A DNA stretch of 64,000 nucleotides from Candidatus Bathyarchaeota archaeon (GCA_963770935.1 CAVYRJ010000004.1:1-64000), one strand, 5' to 3'; shown: positions 50,837-61,223, counted from the first letter of the stretch. The notes: a model not told the origin generated them from the sequence alone. Translations and numbers: made by a program.

Positions 50837-51469
50837 TTATTGCCTTTTTTTAGCTTGCTTTAGAATGGTCTTTAAGCTTTCTTGGTCGATTGCACCCATC
50901 TCAAAGAGTGTATTCGCTATTTCACTTATTTTCAGTAATGAATGAATTTTTATTCCATTCTTCTCTAGTAGTTGTCCTCCGCCTTCTTCTCGGTCAAGGA
51001 AAACCACAGCTTCAGTAACTATGCCACCTTCGGCTCTTACGGCATCAGCAGCTTTTTTTAGCGTTAAACCTGTTGTGAGTAAATCATCGATCAGCAAAAC
51101 CTTGTCTCCAGAAACCAGTATTCCTTCTACTCTGCGTTCTCTCCCATGCAAGTGGATGCCTTTCCGCACATAAAGGAAGGGTTTTTTGAGGTTGTAAGCG
51201 ATTTGGGAGGCGAAGGGGATTCCTGCTAAAGGTATGGCTGCGATTCGGTCGAAGTTTTTGTTTCCAATTTGGTTGGTTATATATTGGGCATAGGATTCGC
51301 AGATTTCTCGGAAGGCATCGGGGAAGCTTGGGATTACTCTTAGGTCGATGTAATACGGGCTTGATTTTCCGCTGGTGAGTTTGTAGACTCCGAATTTTAT
51401 GGCGTCGAGTTTGAAGAGTATGTTTGCCATTCTCTCTTTCGGGGTTAGGCTTGTGGTTGGGGATTTCAT
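50837..51469 (-). CDS. pyrE: Orotate phosphoribosyltransferase
   Basis: KFG.YKLTSGK.SPYYIDLR, YVRK, LLIDDLLTTG.T. Confidence 0.95.
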   Translation of the reverse strand: MKSPTTSLTPKERMANILFKLDAIKFGVYKLTSGKSSPYYIDLRVIPSFPDAFREICESYAQYITNQIGNKNFDRIAAIPLAGIPFASQIAYNLKKPFLYVRKGIHLHGRERRVEGILVSGDKVLLIDDLLTTGLTLKKAADAVRAEGGIVTEAVVFLDREEGGGQLLEKNGIKIHSLLKISEIANTLFEMGAIDQESLKTILKQAKKRQ

Positions 51470-51475
51470 ATTTTT

Positions 51476-52180
51476 TCACTTCCTCTTTGAAACTTGGTAA
51501 ATTTTGTTCTGTTCAGGAATCAAGCATGCAGTTCTCGGCAACTCCTTTTTTAATAATTCTGCAAACTCCTTTTGGCTTGCCGATGTTGCGGTGTGGTATG
51601 GGACTGCAACTTGTGGCTTAGTTAACCACGCAATTTCAAAACCTGTTTGTGGTGTAGCGCCTGGAGCAATGCCAACTGTGCAGAAAACCACGTCGAACTT
51701 TTCTTTTTGGCCGAGCTTTGCAAGTTCAGGGAAGGGTAAACTGTCAGAGGTGTGATAGACTTTGACTTGGTCTTCGCTGGTTATTATATATGTTACGGGT
51801 GCTTGCGCGGGGTGGTTGCTTTTTTCTGCTTTCACCGAGACTTCGCCTATTTTGATTTCTGCGCCCGGTTTGATTTCAGTGAGTTTCTCGTTGGGTATGG
51901 CGTGTTGGAGTTTTTTTGTTGAAGCTGAATCAGCAATTATGGTGCAGTTGGTTTCTTTTTGGATTTCTATAATTAATCGTGGGTCAAGGTGGTCGTAGTG
52001 TTCATGGGTTAATAGGATGGCATCTACGTTTTGGAGGGTTTTAGGTTTGACGTCAACAGGGTCTATGGCAAGCGTTTTAGTTGGTGTTTTGAGAAGAATT
52101 CCAGCATAGTTGTTGAGCCATACAAAGAGGATGCTGTTTCTCTCTGGCGTTTTTTGAATGGACATAACTTGATTCCTCAC
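51476..52180 (-). CDS. MBL-fold metallo-hydrolase (UlaG-like)
   Basis: ILLTHEHYDHLD, YHTSDS, AVPYH. Confidence 0.88.
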   Translation of the reverse strand: MRNQVMSIQKTPERNSILFVWLNNYAGILLKTPTKTLAIDPVDVKPKTLQNVDAILLTHEHYDHLDPRLIIEIQKETNCTIIADSASTKKLQHAIPNEKLTEIKPGAEIKIGEVSVKAEKSNHPAQAPVTYIITSEDQVKVYHTSDSLPFPELAKLGQKEKFDVVFCTVGIAPGATPQTGFEIAWLTKPQVAVPYHTATSASQKEFAELLKKELPRTACLIPEQNKIYQVSKRK

Positions 52181-52337
52181 AAACTAGTATGCAAGGAGCG
52201 TTTTAAAGAAGTTATGGCTCCTCTTGTATGAACATTCAATTTTAGGTTTACTGAAAAATCATTTGTAAAACTATCGTCGGGGAGAAATTAAAAATTTTAT
52301 TTCTACAAAGAAATTAAGGTGTTTGCTTGTTTAGGGT

Positions 52338-52961
52338 CTAATTTCCTATGGGATTTTCGAGTACGGTTATTGTCCCGTTTTTTCCCAACCGAAGCTGCTT
52401 TTCGCCTTTAAACATTGCTACATGTGCATTCTTTATTTCTATGCAATCCCCTGTATGGACACTATTTATCTGTTGGTCCCAGAGGCAAAGCAGGATTTTT
52501 CCTGTTTCATCCCCAATCGAGGCATTCGAAACAACCGCGTTGTCCCTAAATTGGGTGTGAACTTTAGATGGTTCAGCAGTCTGCAAAACTTCTGCTGTAA
52601 CGTTAATTTTTTTCATGCCAACACGTAAATTCTCAATCTTTAAGTGTGAAGGGGCTGGGTTTTGTCTGGCTATTTCTTTGCGGACTTTGCTGGAATCCAT
52701 TGAGTTATCGAATGAAACATCGGTTCTTGCGAGTGTTTCATCTGGTACTCTGAACTGAGCTATTACTTTGCTGTCTTTTGTTATCAGGAAGATTGCTTGG
52801 TTAGTTACGTTCCCGCGGTATTCAACCATTAAATCGGAAACAACGACTTTGCCCTGTTCTTTTGAATCTATTAAGGCTTGGAAGAGCTCTGTTGGGTAAA
52901 TTTCATGCTGTGTTGCAATGAAGGCAAGCTGGTCTTCTAAGGTGGGCTTTTTTGGTTTCAT
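52338..52961 (-). CDS. OB-fold single-stranded DNA binding protein with N-terminal extra domain
   Basis: KIENLRVGMKKINV.AEV, IGDETGKI.L.LW, IEIKNA.V..FKGE.QL.LG..G.I. Confidence 0.85.
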   Translation of the reverse strand: MKPKKPTLEDQLAFIATQHEIYPTELFQALIDSKEQGKVVVSDLMVEYRGNVTNQAIFLITKDSKVIAQFRVPDETLARTDVSFDNSMDSSKVRKEIARQNPAPSHLKIENLRVGMKKINVTAEVLQTAEPSKVHTQFRDNAVVSNASIGDETGKILLCLWDQQINSVHTGDCIEIKNAHVAMFKGEKQLRLGKNGTITVLENPIGN

Positions 52962-53225
52962 ACTTTATATTCTCCTTTTGATTTAGCGAAAAATCTTGAA
53001 AATAGCAAACTAGTTAGCCCCTAAAATTTACTTTTTCCAGATTAAATTCCGCAATTAATTACTAAAGACCCTTGGCTATATAGGTGTAACTGCTAAAAAG
53101 CTCTTTTTTCAATGAGGAAACTGCACAGTTGTTCATACTCCCCATATTTCATAGTTGGATTTTCCAAAAAGCAAAAAGCCTTGCTCCACAATACATCTAG
53201 ATAGAGCTTATTTTGGAGCAAAATT

Positions 53226-54101
53226 ATGACCGAAAACCTCAAAGATTTAACCAAAGTGGCCTTAAAAAACCTTGACAAAATCTTTTACCCAAAAAACAAA
53301 GTAACCAAGGGACAAGTTATCGAATACTACATAAGGATAGCTCCTAAACTGCTTCCCGTCATAGCTGACCGCCCCTTAGTTTTAACCAGATACCCTGACG
53401 GAATTGAGGGGGAAACTCAGAGTTTTTTTGAGAAAAACGCTCCCGGAGGTACACCCAACTGGGTTAAGATAAAAACTATCTATTCTTCCGCATCAAAACG
53501 AGACGTTAACTACATCGTCGCTAACGACTTAGACACGCTCATTTGGCTGGCGAATTTGGCGGCGCTGGAAATCCACATGCCCTTCTCCAAGATCAATGCA
53601 CTGGACAAACCTGACTTTCTTTTCTTCGACGTGGATCCTGAACCTCCAGCAACGCTCAGCGACGCCGCCGAGGTAGCTCTTCTTCTTAAAGATAAACTAG
53701 TGGAATTAAGGCTCACACCATACATTAAAACTTCAGGAAAAAAAGGCTTACACGTAGTAATCCCGATAGTGCCGGAACACAGTTTTGAGAAAACGAGGGC
53801 GTTTGTACATGAAGTAGGCATTGAACTGGCAAAAGAAAACGACATTGTTGTTTCCGAATTTAAAGACACCAAAAAACCTGGCAAAGTTTTCGCTGATTAC
53901 CTGCAGAATTCCCCTATGCGAACCATGGTTGTTCCCTACAGTTTGCGCCCAACGCCTGATGCCACCGTCTCGGCGCCTCTGGAGTGGAGTGAGGTTAAGA
54001 AAGGCATAAACCCAACTGATTACAATATTTTTAGTGTGGTAAAACGGAGTAGTAATCCGTGGAAAGATATTTTTGAGAAGAGATGTAAGCTGGAGATTTA
54101 A
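53226..54101 (+). CDS. Stand-alone LigD polymerase (AEP primase-polymerase) domain
   Basis: KIFYP....TK...I.YY, RP..L.RYPDG, FFEKN, ANLAALEIH, FDVDP, KTSGKKGLHV, FADYLQN, PYSLR....ATVS.PL.W. Confidence 0.95.
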   Translation: MTENLKDLTKVALKNLDKIFYPKNKVTKGQVIEYYIRIAPKLLPVIADRPLVLTRYPDGIEGETQSFFEKNAPGGTPNWVKIKTIYSSASKRDVNYIVANDLDTLIWLANLAALEIHMPFSKINALDKPDFLFFDVDPEPPATLSDAAEVALLLKDKLVELRLTPYIKTSGKKGLHVVIPIVPEHSFEKTRAFVHEVGIELAKENDIVVSEFKDTKKPGKVFADYLQNSPMRTMVVPYSLRPTPDATVSAPLEWSEVKKGINPTDYNIFSVVKRSSNPWKDIFEKRCKLEI

Positions 54102-54104
54102 ATT

Positions 54105-54929
54105 ATGGAACAAGAAAACATAGAAGAAACCCAAACCGAAAAAACCAGTGCATCTGCCCCAAGCAGATCTATTTGGTCAGGAAATATCACCATTGGCTTG
54201 GTGAATGTTCCTGTAAAGTTGTTCTCGATGATTTATGATAAGGGTATCGCCTTTCATTTCTTGCATAAGGTTGATGGTCAACCCCTAAAGTACGTTAAGA
54301 TGTGTACTAAAGACGATAAAATCGTGCCTTGGAACGAAGTTGTCCGCGGCTACGAAGTTGCAAAAAACGAATACATAACTTTTGACCAAAAAGAGCTTAA
54401 CGCTGCAAAACCCGAATCTGATAGGCGAATTCGAATAAGCAAATTTGTTGATTACTTCTCTGTAGACCCAGTATACTTTGATAGAACCTACGCGTTATTA
54501 CCTGACAAAAGCAAAGACGCTTACAGCTTACTTTTTAAAGCATTAGAAAAAACCAACAAAGCGGGCGCTGCGCGCATAACACTAAGAACCAAAGAATACC
54601 CAGCGCTACTGCATACATACAAAGGTGCATTAGTCCTTACAACACTCCGATATGCCTATGACGTTGTAAACCCCCAAGACTTTGAACCTCTACATAAACT
54701 TGAGACACCTCAGAAAACCGAATTAGACCTAGCCGTAAAAATCGTCACCGATCTCTCAGGCGAATTCGATATCACAGAATTTGAAGACACTTATATGAAA
54801 CGGCTCCAAGAAATAGTTAAACAAAAGGTAAAAGGCGAAAAAATTCACATCGAGAAAGCCCCAGAAATCGAAGCAAAAGGTCTTATGGTTGCCCTACGGG
54901 AAACCCTCAAACAGTTGGAGCAGAAATGA
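54105..54929 (+). CDS. ku: Ku protein (NHEJ DNA end-binding)
   Basis: RSIWSG.I.IGLVNVPVKL, V.RGYE, VDPVYFD..Y.L.P, AY.LL..AL, F.DTY...L.E.V..K, LM.ALR. Confidence 0.96.
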   Translation: MEQENIEETQTEKTSASAPSRSIWSGNITIGLVNVPVKLFSMIYDKGIAFHFLHKVDGQPLKYVKMCTKDDKIVPWNEVVRGYEVAKNEYITFDQKELNAAKPESDRRIRISKFVDYFSVDPVYFDRTYALLPDKSKDAYSLLFKALEKTNKAGAARITLRTKEYPALLHTYKGALVLTTLRYAYDVVNPQDFEPLHKLETPQKTELDLAVKIVTDLSGEFDITEFEDTYMKRLQEIVKQKVKGEKIHIEKAPEIEAKGLMVALRETLKQLEQK

Positions 54930-56350
54930 GCCGCCACATCTACCGACCAATGCTTGCAAAGGTTGCCGAGGAAGCTTTTTCGGATAAGGACTGGATTTTT
55001 GAAATAAAATGGGACGGGTTTCGAGCAATAGCCTACATTGAGGAAACTTTGAGCCTAAAGAGTCGAAACGAGAAAGAGCTAAAACAAAATTTTCCCGAAC
55101 TACAGGAACTAAGTAAACTTGCCAGCAACATTGTGGTTGACGGCGAAATCATTGTAATGCGGGAAGGCAAACCCGATTTCCAATCACTGCTCGAACGAGG
55201 GCAAGCAGTCTCGACAGGAGAAATCCAAAGACAAGAAAATCGGGCACCAGCCGTCTACATAGTCTTTGATATAATAGAAAAAGACGGAAAACCACTCACA
55301 AAATTGCCTTTGATTGAACGAAAAACGATCCTTAAAGATACGTTAAAAGAGGGATCGAATGTGCTTTTGTGCGATTTTATTGAGGAGAAAGGTGAAACCT
55401 ATTTCCAGCTAGCTTTGGAGAAGGGTTTGGAGGGGGTTGTTGCTAAAAGGAAGGATAGTGAGTATGAGGAAGGTTTGCGGACTGGGAGTTGGCTGAAAAT
55501 AAAGAAACTTAAAACATGTGACTGCGTAATCTTTGGTTATACACGTGGGACAGCCGTTAGGGCTAAAACTTTTGGCGCGCTGCTGCTTGGAGTTTACGAT
55601 AAAATGGGTAATCCTATTTACGTTGGCAAGGTTGGCACAGGCTTCACGCAACAAACGATTGGAGTTTTAACTGATAAATTTGAAAAAATAAAAACAGACA
55701 TCGCTCCCTTTAAGGCCGAAGCGGGTGATGTTGTAACTTGGCTTGAACCCAAACTCGTCTGTGAGGTTGCCTATCAAGTCTTGACAAGGGACATGAGGCT
55801 TCGCATGGCACGGTTTAAACGTTTAAGAGACGACAAAACACCCTCAGACTGTACTATCGACCAAATCATCGAAACCAAAACAACAGAAGCAAACGGCAAA
55901 GACAAGCTTTCTGAATATGCTTCAAAAAGACACTTCGAAAAAACCCCAGAGCCAAAAGCGACAGTAGAAAAAAAGGCAGGTAAGCTAATTTTTGTTATTC
56001 AAGAGCACCATGCTCGAAGACTTCATTATGATTTACGACTGGAAAAAGACGGTGTCCTGAAGAGTTGGGCTGTTCCAAAAGGAATTCCTGAGGCTGGACA
56101 GAAGGTTTTGGCAGTGGAAACCGAAGACCATCCATATGAATATGGTAGTTTTGAGGGAGAAATTCCCAAAGGTCAGTATGGCGCTGGCACCGTTAAAATC
56201 TGGGATAAAGGACACTATGAGACTAAATTTTGGGGAGGCGACAAAATCGAAGTCACCTTGGACGGTCAGCGTCTTAACGGGCGTTACGTTCTGGTGCGTC
56301 TTAAGAGGGCTGGTGATAGGGATTGGCTGCTCTTGAAGGGAAAAGAATAG
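54926..56350 (+). CDS. ligD: LigD ligase domain fused to C-terminal 3'-phosphoesterase domain
   Basis: EIKWDGFRA, VDGEI, FDII, EGVVAKR..S.Y..G.R...WLKIK, VGKVGTGF; PE: Y..KR.F.KTPEP, FVIQEHHARRLHYDLRLE, SWAVPKG, EDHP..Y..FEG.IP.GQYGAG.V.IWD.G. Confidence 0.96.
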   Translation: MSRHIYRPMLAKVAEEAFSDKDWIFEIKWDGFRAIAYIEETLSLKSRNEKELKQNFPELQELSKLASNIVVDGEIIVMREGKPDFQSLLERGQAVSTGEIQRQENRAPAVYIVFDIIEKDGKPLTKLPLIERKTILKDTLKEGSNVLLCDFIEEKGETYFQLALEKGLEGVVAKRKDSEYEEGLRTGSWLKIKKLKTCDCVIFGYTRGTAVRAKTFGALLLGVYDKMGNPIYVGKVGTGFTQQTIGVLTDKFEKIKTDIAPFKAEAGDVVTWLEPKLVCEVAYQVLTRDMRLRMARFKRLRDDKTPSDCTIDQIIETKTTEANGKDKLSEYASKRHFEKTPEPKATVEKKAGKLIFVIQEHHARRLHYDLRLEKDGVLKSWAVPKGIPEAGQKVLAVETEDHPYEYGSFEGEIPKGQYGAGTVKIWDKGHYETKFWGGDKIEVTLDGQRLNGRYVLVRLKRAGDRDWLLLKGKE

Positions 56351-56351
56351 C

Positions 56352-57104
56352 ATGCAAAACCTGTATCTTGGTACGATTGGTTGGAGCTACAATTTTTGGA
56401 AGGGAAAATTCTATCCAAACAAAACCGCCTCAAAAGACTACCTATCCTATTATGCTACGCAGTTTAATTCGGTTGAAGTCGACAGCACGTTCTACCGATA
56501 TCCAACTCAGCAAACAGTAGAGAACTGGAAGCAGCAAACTACAGAAAGCTTCAGATTCTCACTCAAGTTTCCTCAGATAATAACGCATGTTAAAATGCTC
56601 AGGGACTGCCAGTACGAGACGGATGTTTTCCTCGATAGGGTTAGTCTGCTGGGCGAAAAGCTTGGCGTCTTGCTTTTGCAGTTTCCGCCAAACTTTGGAG
56701 TTGAACGTTTGCCTGATTTGGAGACTTTTCTGCAGAAACTTCCAAGCCAACACAGTTACGCTGTTGAAGTCAGAAATAAAAGCTGGCTCAACAAGACGTT
56801 CTTTTCCGTCCTGCAAAATAGCAAGGTTGCTCTGGCATGGGCAGATAGTTCCCTTATGGCTCCGATTAACGAGGTAACTTCGAATTTTCTTTATATTAGA
56901 TGGGAGGGAAATAGAAAAAAAGTCAATGGCACTTTGGGTATGATAGAAGCTGCAAGAGATGAAGACCTGAAATTGGAAGCAGAAAAAATCAAGCCTTTCC
57001 TCGGTAAAATGGACGTTTTCGGCTACTTCGGCAAATACTACTCAGGGTATCCGCCCTCGGACGTAGCCATCTTACGGACCAACATGAATGCGCCTCAACC
57101 GTAA
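56352..57104 (+). CDS. DUF72 family protein
   Basis: LGT.GWSY..W.G.FYP, YA..FNSVEVDSTFYR.P, F.FSLK....ITH, LLQFPP.F, AVEVRN.SW, YIRW.G. Confidence 0.93.
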   Translation: MQNLYLGTIGWSYNFWKGKFYPNKTASKDYLSYYATQFNSVEVDSTFYRYPTQQTVENWKQQTTESFRFSLKFPQIITHVKMLRDCQYETDVFLDRVSLLGEKLGVLLLQFPPNFGVERLPDLETFLQKLPSQHSYAVEVRNKSWLNKTFFSVLQNSKVALAWADSSLMAPINEVTSNFLYIRWEGNRKKVNGTLGMIEAARDEDLKLEAEKIKPFLGKMDVFGYFGKYYSGYPPSDVAILRTNMNAPQP

Positions 57105-57330
57105 CAGCTCCAAAAAAACAACTCAAACAAAAAACACAAACCAATTACATAACCACCAAACTAACTTGCGCATGAAAAACAATTCAACATTAACAACAAG
57201 AACTTTCTTAGGACGGTCCATTACATTCAATCTTCGCATCAAATCCCAAGCACCCCATAGCAGTATTTCAATGACACAAAGAGAATTCTAATAAACAGCT
57301 AAATAACCAGCCAACACGAAAGTATAAGCT

Positions 57331-57837
57331 GTGGAAGGGTATAAAATGGACACGTGCAAACTCTTTGAATTAGCCAAGCCTTATCTGGAAAAAAACGATT
57401 TTGGCATGGCTCATACCCAGCGGGTTTTTGAGATTGCTAAAAAGAACTTTCCGGTCAAGCCTGAACTTGAAGAGCTAACTTATACCGCGATTATTTTTCA
57501 TGACATTGGCGGCTGCACCATTAAAGACCAATATGAGAAAGGACCTCAAATTACATCGAATATCCTGAAAAAGTTAGGTTTGCCGGATCATTTCATCAAC
57601 GAGGTTTGCAGGATAATCAGCACACACCATGATCATCCACAAAACCCTTCCGAAGCTTTCAAGACACTCTATGACTCGGATAAGTTGGTGATGTTTTCCC
57701 AAGAAGAATATCCCTACTACAACGCGCGGGAAGGTTTTGACTGGGACAAAATCGTTTCACTCATCTACTCTGCTAGAGGACGAGATTTAGCCAAAAAAGC
57801 TTTGGCACAGAGAAGAAAAGAGAATGGGAAGCGGTAG
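57331..57837 (+). CDS. HD domain protein
   Basis: HTQRV, IFHDIG, II.THH, LYDSDKL. Confidence 0.85.
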   Translation: MEGYKMDTCKLFELAKPYLEKNDFGMAHTQRVFEIAKKNFPVKPELEELTYTAIIFHDIGGCTIKDQYEKGPQITSNILKKLGLPDHFINEVCRIISTHHDHPQNPSEAFKTLYDSDKLVMFSQEEYPYYNAREGFDWDKIVSLIYSARGRDLAKKALAQRRKENGKR

Positions 57838-57842
57838 AAACC

Positions 57843-58457
57843 ATGTTTTTTAAGCAAATTCAGCGGCATAGCGACAATTTCTCATATATAATAGCTGATG
57901 AAAGTAGCGGGGAAGCGGCGGTTGTTGACTCAAGCTACAATGCTGACGAACTGATTAAAATAATAAAGACTGAAAAGTTCCAACTAAAATATATCATAAA
58001 CACCCATGGCCACTCTGACCACACTGCCGGAAATATAGAATTAACTTCTATCTTTGGAGCAAAATTGGTTTCTCACAAGCTATCAAAGACTCCTCATAAC
58101 ATTTCAGTCGGTGAGGGCGACGAGCTTAGTGTAGGTAAAATCTCCATAAAAATCATTTACACACCAGGACACACTGCCGACAGCATATGTCTTCTTATAG
58201 ATAACCAGAAACTGTTGACGGGCGACACATTATTTGTTGGCGAATGCGGAAGAACGGATTTTCCTGGAGGTAACTCAAAAAGTATGTACGAGAGCCTTTT
58301 TAACAAACTTACGAACCTAAACGATGATGTTGAAGTTTATCCGGGGCATGATTATGGACTTAAGCCTTCATCAACTATTGGTGAAGAAAAAAAGTTAAAT
58401 TACACCTTGCAACCAAGAAGCCTCAAAGATTTCCTCGAATTCATGAGTCAACCCTAA
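57843..58457 (+). CDS. MBL-fold hydrolase (glyoxalase II / persulfide dioxygenase-like)
   Basis: NFSYII, NTHGHSDH, TPGHT, TGDTLFVG.CGRTD.PGG, VYPGHDY, STIG.EK. Confidence 0.92.
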   Translation: MFFKQIQRHSDNFSYIIADESSGEAAVVDSSYNADELIKIIKTEKFQLKYIINTHGHSDHTAGNIELTSIFGAKLVSHKLSKTPHNISVGEGDELSVGKISIKIIYTPGHTADSICLLIDNQKLLTGDTLFVGECGRTDFPGGNSKSMYESLFNKLTNLNDDVEVYPGHDYGLKPSSTIGEEKKLNYTLQPRSLKDFLEFMSQP

Positions 58458-59364
58458 CCTCAACGCCGCGTTTTCTTCTTTTAGGAATCAAAGCAACCGC
58501 AACTAAGAAAACAAAGAACAATATGACTATAGTTAAAATTTCAGGATGAAGTAAAATCTCAATCATAAGTACCAAAAACTGAACCACTGGATTGTTAGAA
58601 AGCTTTTGAGGCGAAGCGTTTTCGGATGACACAGGCAAATCTTGATAAGAAACGTCGGCGGGCAAACTCACCGAGCTCACATTTAGCCAACTACTAACCG
58701 GATAAAAGCTGGTGGCATTTAGCTTCATCCAAGCAAAAACCGTGGCAACTCCGTAAACATCTAACGTGGAAACACTTTCACCGGAGCTTCCTAAATTATA
58801 AGTTGAATGCATTAAATCACCCGTGTAATTGCTATGACCCAATCCTAAGTTATGACCTAACTCGTGTAAGGCAACATTCTGCATGTCTACCTCGTTCAAC
58901 AGTTCTCCATGGTTAGTGCGCACTGCAAGAGTAGCCGTACAATTCTTAATGGTTCCCCTAAAAGTTGGGGTAACTTGTGATAAACCAGCCACATCAGTAT
59001 AATTGCTTAAGGCAGAATCAGTCCAATTCACATACATATCAAAACCCTTCTGTGACTCATTTGTGACTGTTGATTTCATCCGTAGGCTAGACAAATACGA
59101 AAAGTCAGAGTTGTTTGAAGCAAAACCCGCTATAGCCTCATTCCATTGTCCGATCGCACGAAGCGTAATGTTAAGGTAATTTGGATCCCACCAAGATTCA
59201 TTATCAGCTGTAACAATCAGAACATTCAGCGATGAATGGTCCCAAACAAAACCTTGAAGCTGCACGGTATAAATGTCGGAACTTTGACCTTGAACTCCGT
59301 TGCTAACTAGACAAGCCGCTAAAAACAAACTTGAAATCCACAAAAACAACAAAAATCTACTCAT
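58441..59364 (-). CDS. Matrixin (M10-like) zinc metalloprotease, signal peptide plus C-terminal TM anchor
   Basis: HELGHNLGLGHS...DLM (HExxHxxGxxH + Met-turn). Confidence 0.9.
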   Translation of the reverse strand: MSRFLLFLWISSLFLAACLVSNGVQGQSSDIYTVQLQGFVWDHSSLNVLIVTADNESWWDPNYLNITLRAIGQWNEAIAGFASNNSDFSYLSSLRMKSTVTNESQKGFDMYVNWTDSALSNYTDVAGLSQVTPTFRGTIKNCTATLAVRTNHGELLNEVDMQNVALHELGHNLGLGHSNYTGDLMHSTYNLGSSGESVSTLDVYGVATVFAWMKLNATSFYPVSSWLNVSSVSLPADVSYQDLPVSSENASPQKLSNNPVVQFLVLMIEILLHPEILTIVILFFVFLVAVALIPKRRKRGVEVRVDS

Positions 59365-59795
59365 TTGCCGCTTCCTACAATAAAGAGGAATTTGCTCCCT
59401 TTAAGTTTTGTTGCAAGCGTCCTTTTTTGGATGGCAAAACTAGAAAAGCAACATTAAGAACTCAGCATAATTTTTAGAGGCAAGTATACTCACCTTAACT
59501 TTCATTTCAGAGCAAGATAATTGGTGTTTATTCAGATACTTTTTTATTAGTCCTGCTATAAACATTGGATCAAAAGATTATGTGAAACCTGAAAGAAAAA
59601 CAAAACTTAAAAGGTTTAAAAAAGTATATGTGAGTCTGTAATGAAAGATAGATCTATCTACCATAGCGAAGCTCGAATTGTAAGATTTAAGGCTGTTAAC
59701 TCTTTCACAAACATCAAAACGCAATCAGAGATATGTCCAGCAATCCGACCGTTTGCCCTATTATCCAGTAAACTATTAAATGAGGCTGGATACCT

Positions 59796-61058
59796 TTGAT
59801 AGTTTTTGAAATCATTTCCATAATATTGCTGTCAGTATTGCTTTTTTGGACAATCTACAATGGCTCCATAATATACATAGGAATAAGAAGTAAACGCAAA
59901 CAACTGTCTATGCCAACAGTTAACAAAAATGCTGAACTTCCAAAATTTTCAATCATCATCCCGACAAAAAATGAGGAAATCGTTATCCGACGCTGCCTCG
60001 ACGGCATCCTTAATACAGATTATCCGAAAGAAAAAATGCAAATAATAGTAGTAGACGGAAAATCTGATGACAATACACGCAAAATATGCTCAGAGTTTTC
60101 CGAGAAATATCCCGAAAACATCAAAGTTATTTGCGAAAAAACAGCGAAAGGCAAGCCAGCAGCACTCAACCTTGCCCTGACATACGTTACCGGCGAAATA
60201 GTTGGCGTTTTTGACGCGGACAGCCTTCCAGAAAAGGACGTACTATCAAAAGTTGCCTTCTACTTTGCCGATAAAAAAGTAATGGCTCTACAAGGAAGAA
60301 CAATTTCACTAAACGAAAAAAGCAACGTTCTCACAAGAGTCATCGCCGCGGAAGAAAAAGCATGGTTCCAAGCGCTACTTAGTGGAAGAGAAAAACTACA
60401 ACTATTCGTTCCTCTAACTGGAAGCTGCCAATTTGTAAGACGCAACGTAGTTGATGAATTAAACGGCTGGGACGAGGATTCCCTAACCGAAGATGTAGAA
60501 TTTGCATTAAGACTAGTCGAAAAGAAACATCTCATCAAATATGCTCCCGATGTTTGCTCAGGACAGGAAACACCGAACAGCCTAGGCCCCCTAGTTAAGC
60601 AACGAGTTCGCTGGTACAGAGGATATATGGAAACAGCCATAAAATACGGGCGTCTTCTTGATACGCTAAATAAAAGAACTGTGGATGCGGAAATTTCTAT
60701 GGCAGGACCGTTTATGATGGTTGTGTCACTGCTTAGCTATATAAACTGGTTCTTTTTAGCGCTTTTCCTTTCTCAAAACACTCCAATCATAAACTTTACT
60801 GGACTCGTTATAGCCTTAACTGCCGTATCGCTATTCACGATTGGTATTGCCTTAACTGCATCAGAGCGTCCTTATAGACTGCGCAATCTTCTTTGGATCC
60901 CTTCTATTTACGTTTACTGGATTATTCAAATGTTCATCGCAGGATTTGCATTTCTAAAACTTATATTTAGACGGAAAAGAGATTGGTCAAAAACAGTTAA
61001 AAAAGGTTCTTTTGCTCCAAATGACGCTCCAAGCAGTGGTCTATTCCTAAATAAATGA
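59796..61058 (+). CDS. Processive-type glycosyltransferase family 2 (cellulose synthase-like)
   Basis: IIIP.KNEE, GKPAALN, FDADS, LTED, QRVRW. Confidence 0.93.
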   Translation: MIVFEIISIILLSVLLFWTIYNGSIIYIGIRSKRKQLSMPTVNKNAELPKFSIIIPTKNEEIVIRRCLDGILNTDYPKEKMQIIVVDGKSDDNTRKICSEFSEKYPENIKVICEKTAKGKPAALNLALTYVTGEIVGVFDADSLPEKDVLSKVAFYFADKKVMALQGRTISLNEKSNVLTRVIAAEEKAWFQALLSGREKLQLFVPLTGSCQFVRRNVVDELNGWDEDSLTEDVEFALRLVEKKHLIKYAPDVCSGQETPNSLGPLVKQRVRWYRGYMETAIKYGRLLDTLNKRTVDAEISMAGPFMMVVSLLSYINWFFLALFLSQNTPIINFTGLVIALTAVSLFTIGIALTASERPYRLRNLLWIPSIYVYWIIQMFIAGFAFLKLIFRRKRDWSKTVKKGSFAPNDAPSSGLFLNK

Positions 61059-61223
61059 TTTAATCTCAAGGGAGACAAAGGTGCGTCCAAATTGAACTTC
61101 AATAAATTTCTTTTAATCAATTGGCAAAATGAAATATAATTAGTTTTTTTAGCGCAAGGCATTTAGCAGGCGCTCAACAGTTTATAAACCAATAATTTCC
61201 TTCGTGTCTTTGGAGACTAAAAG

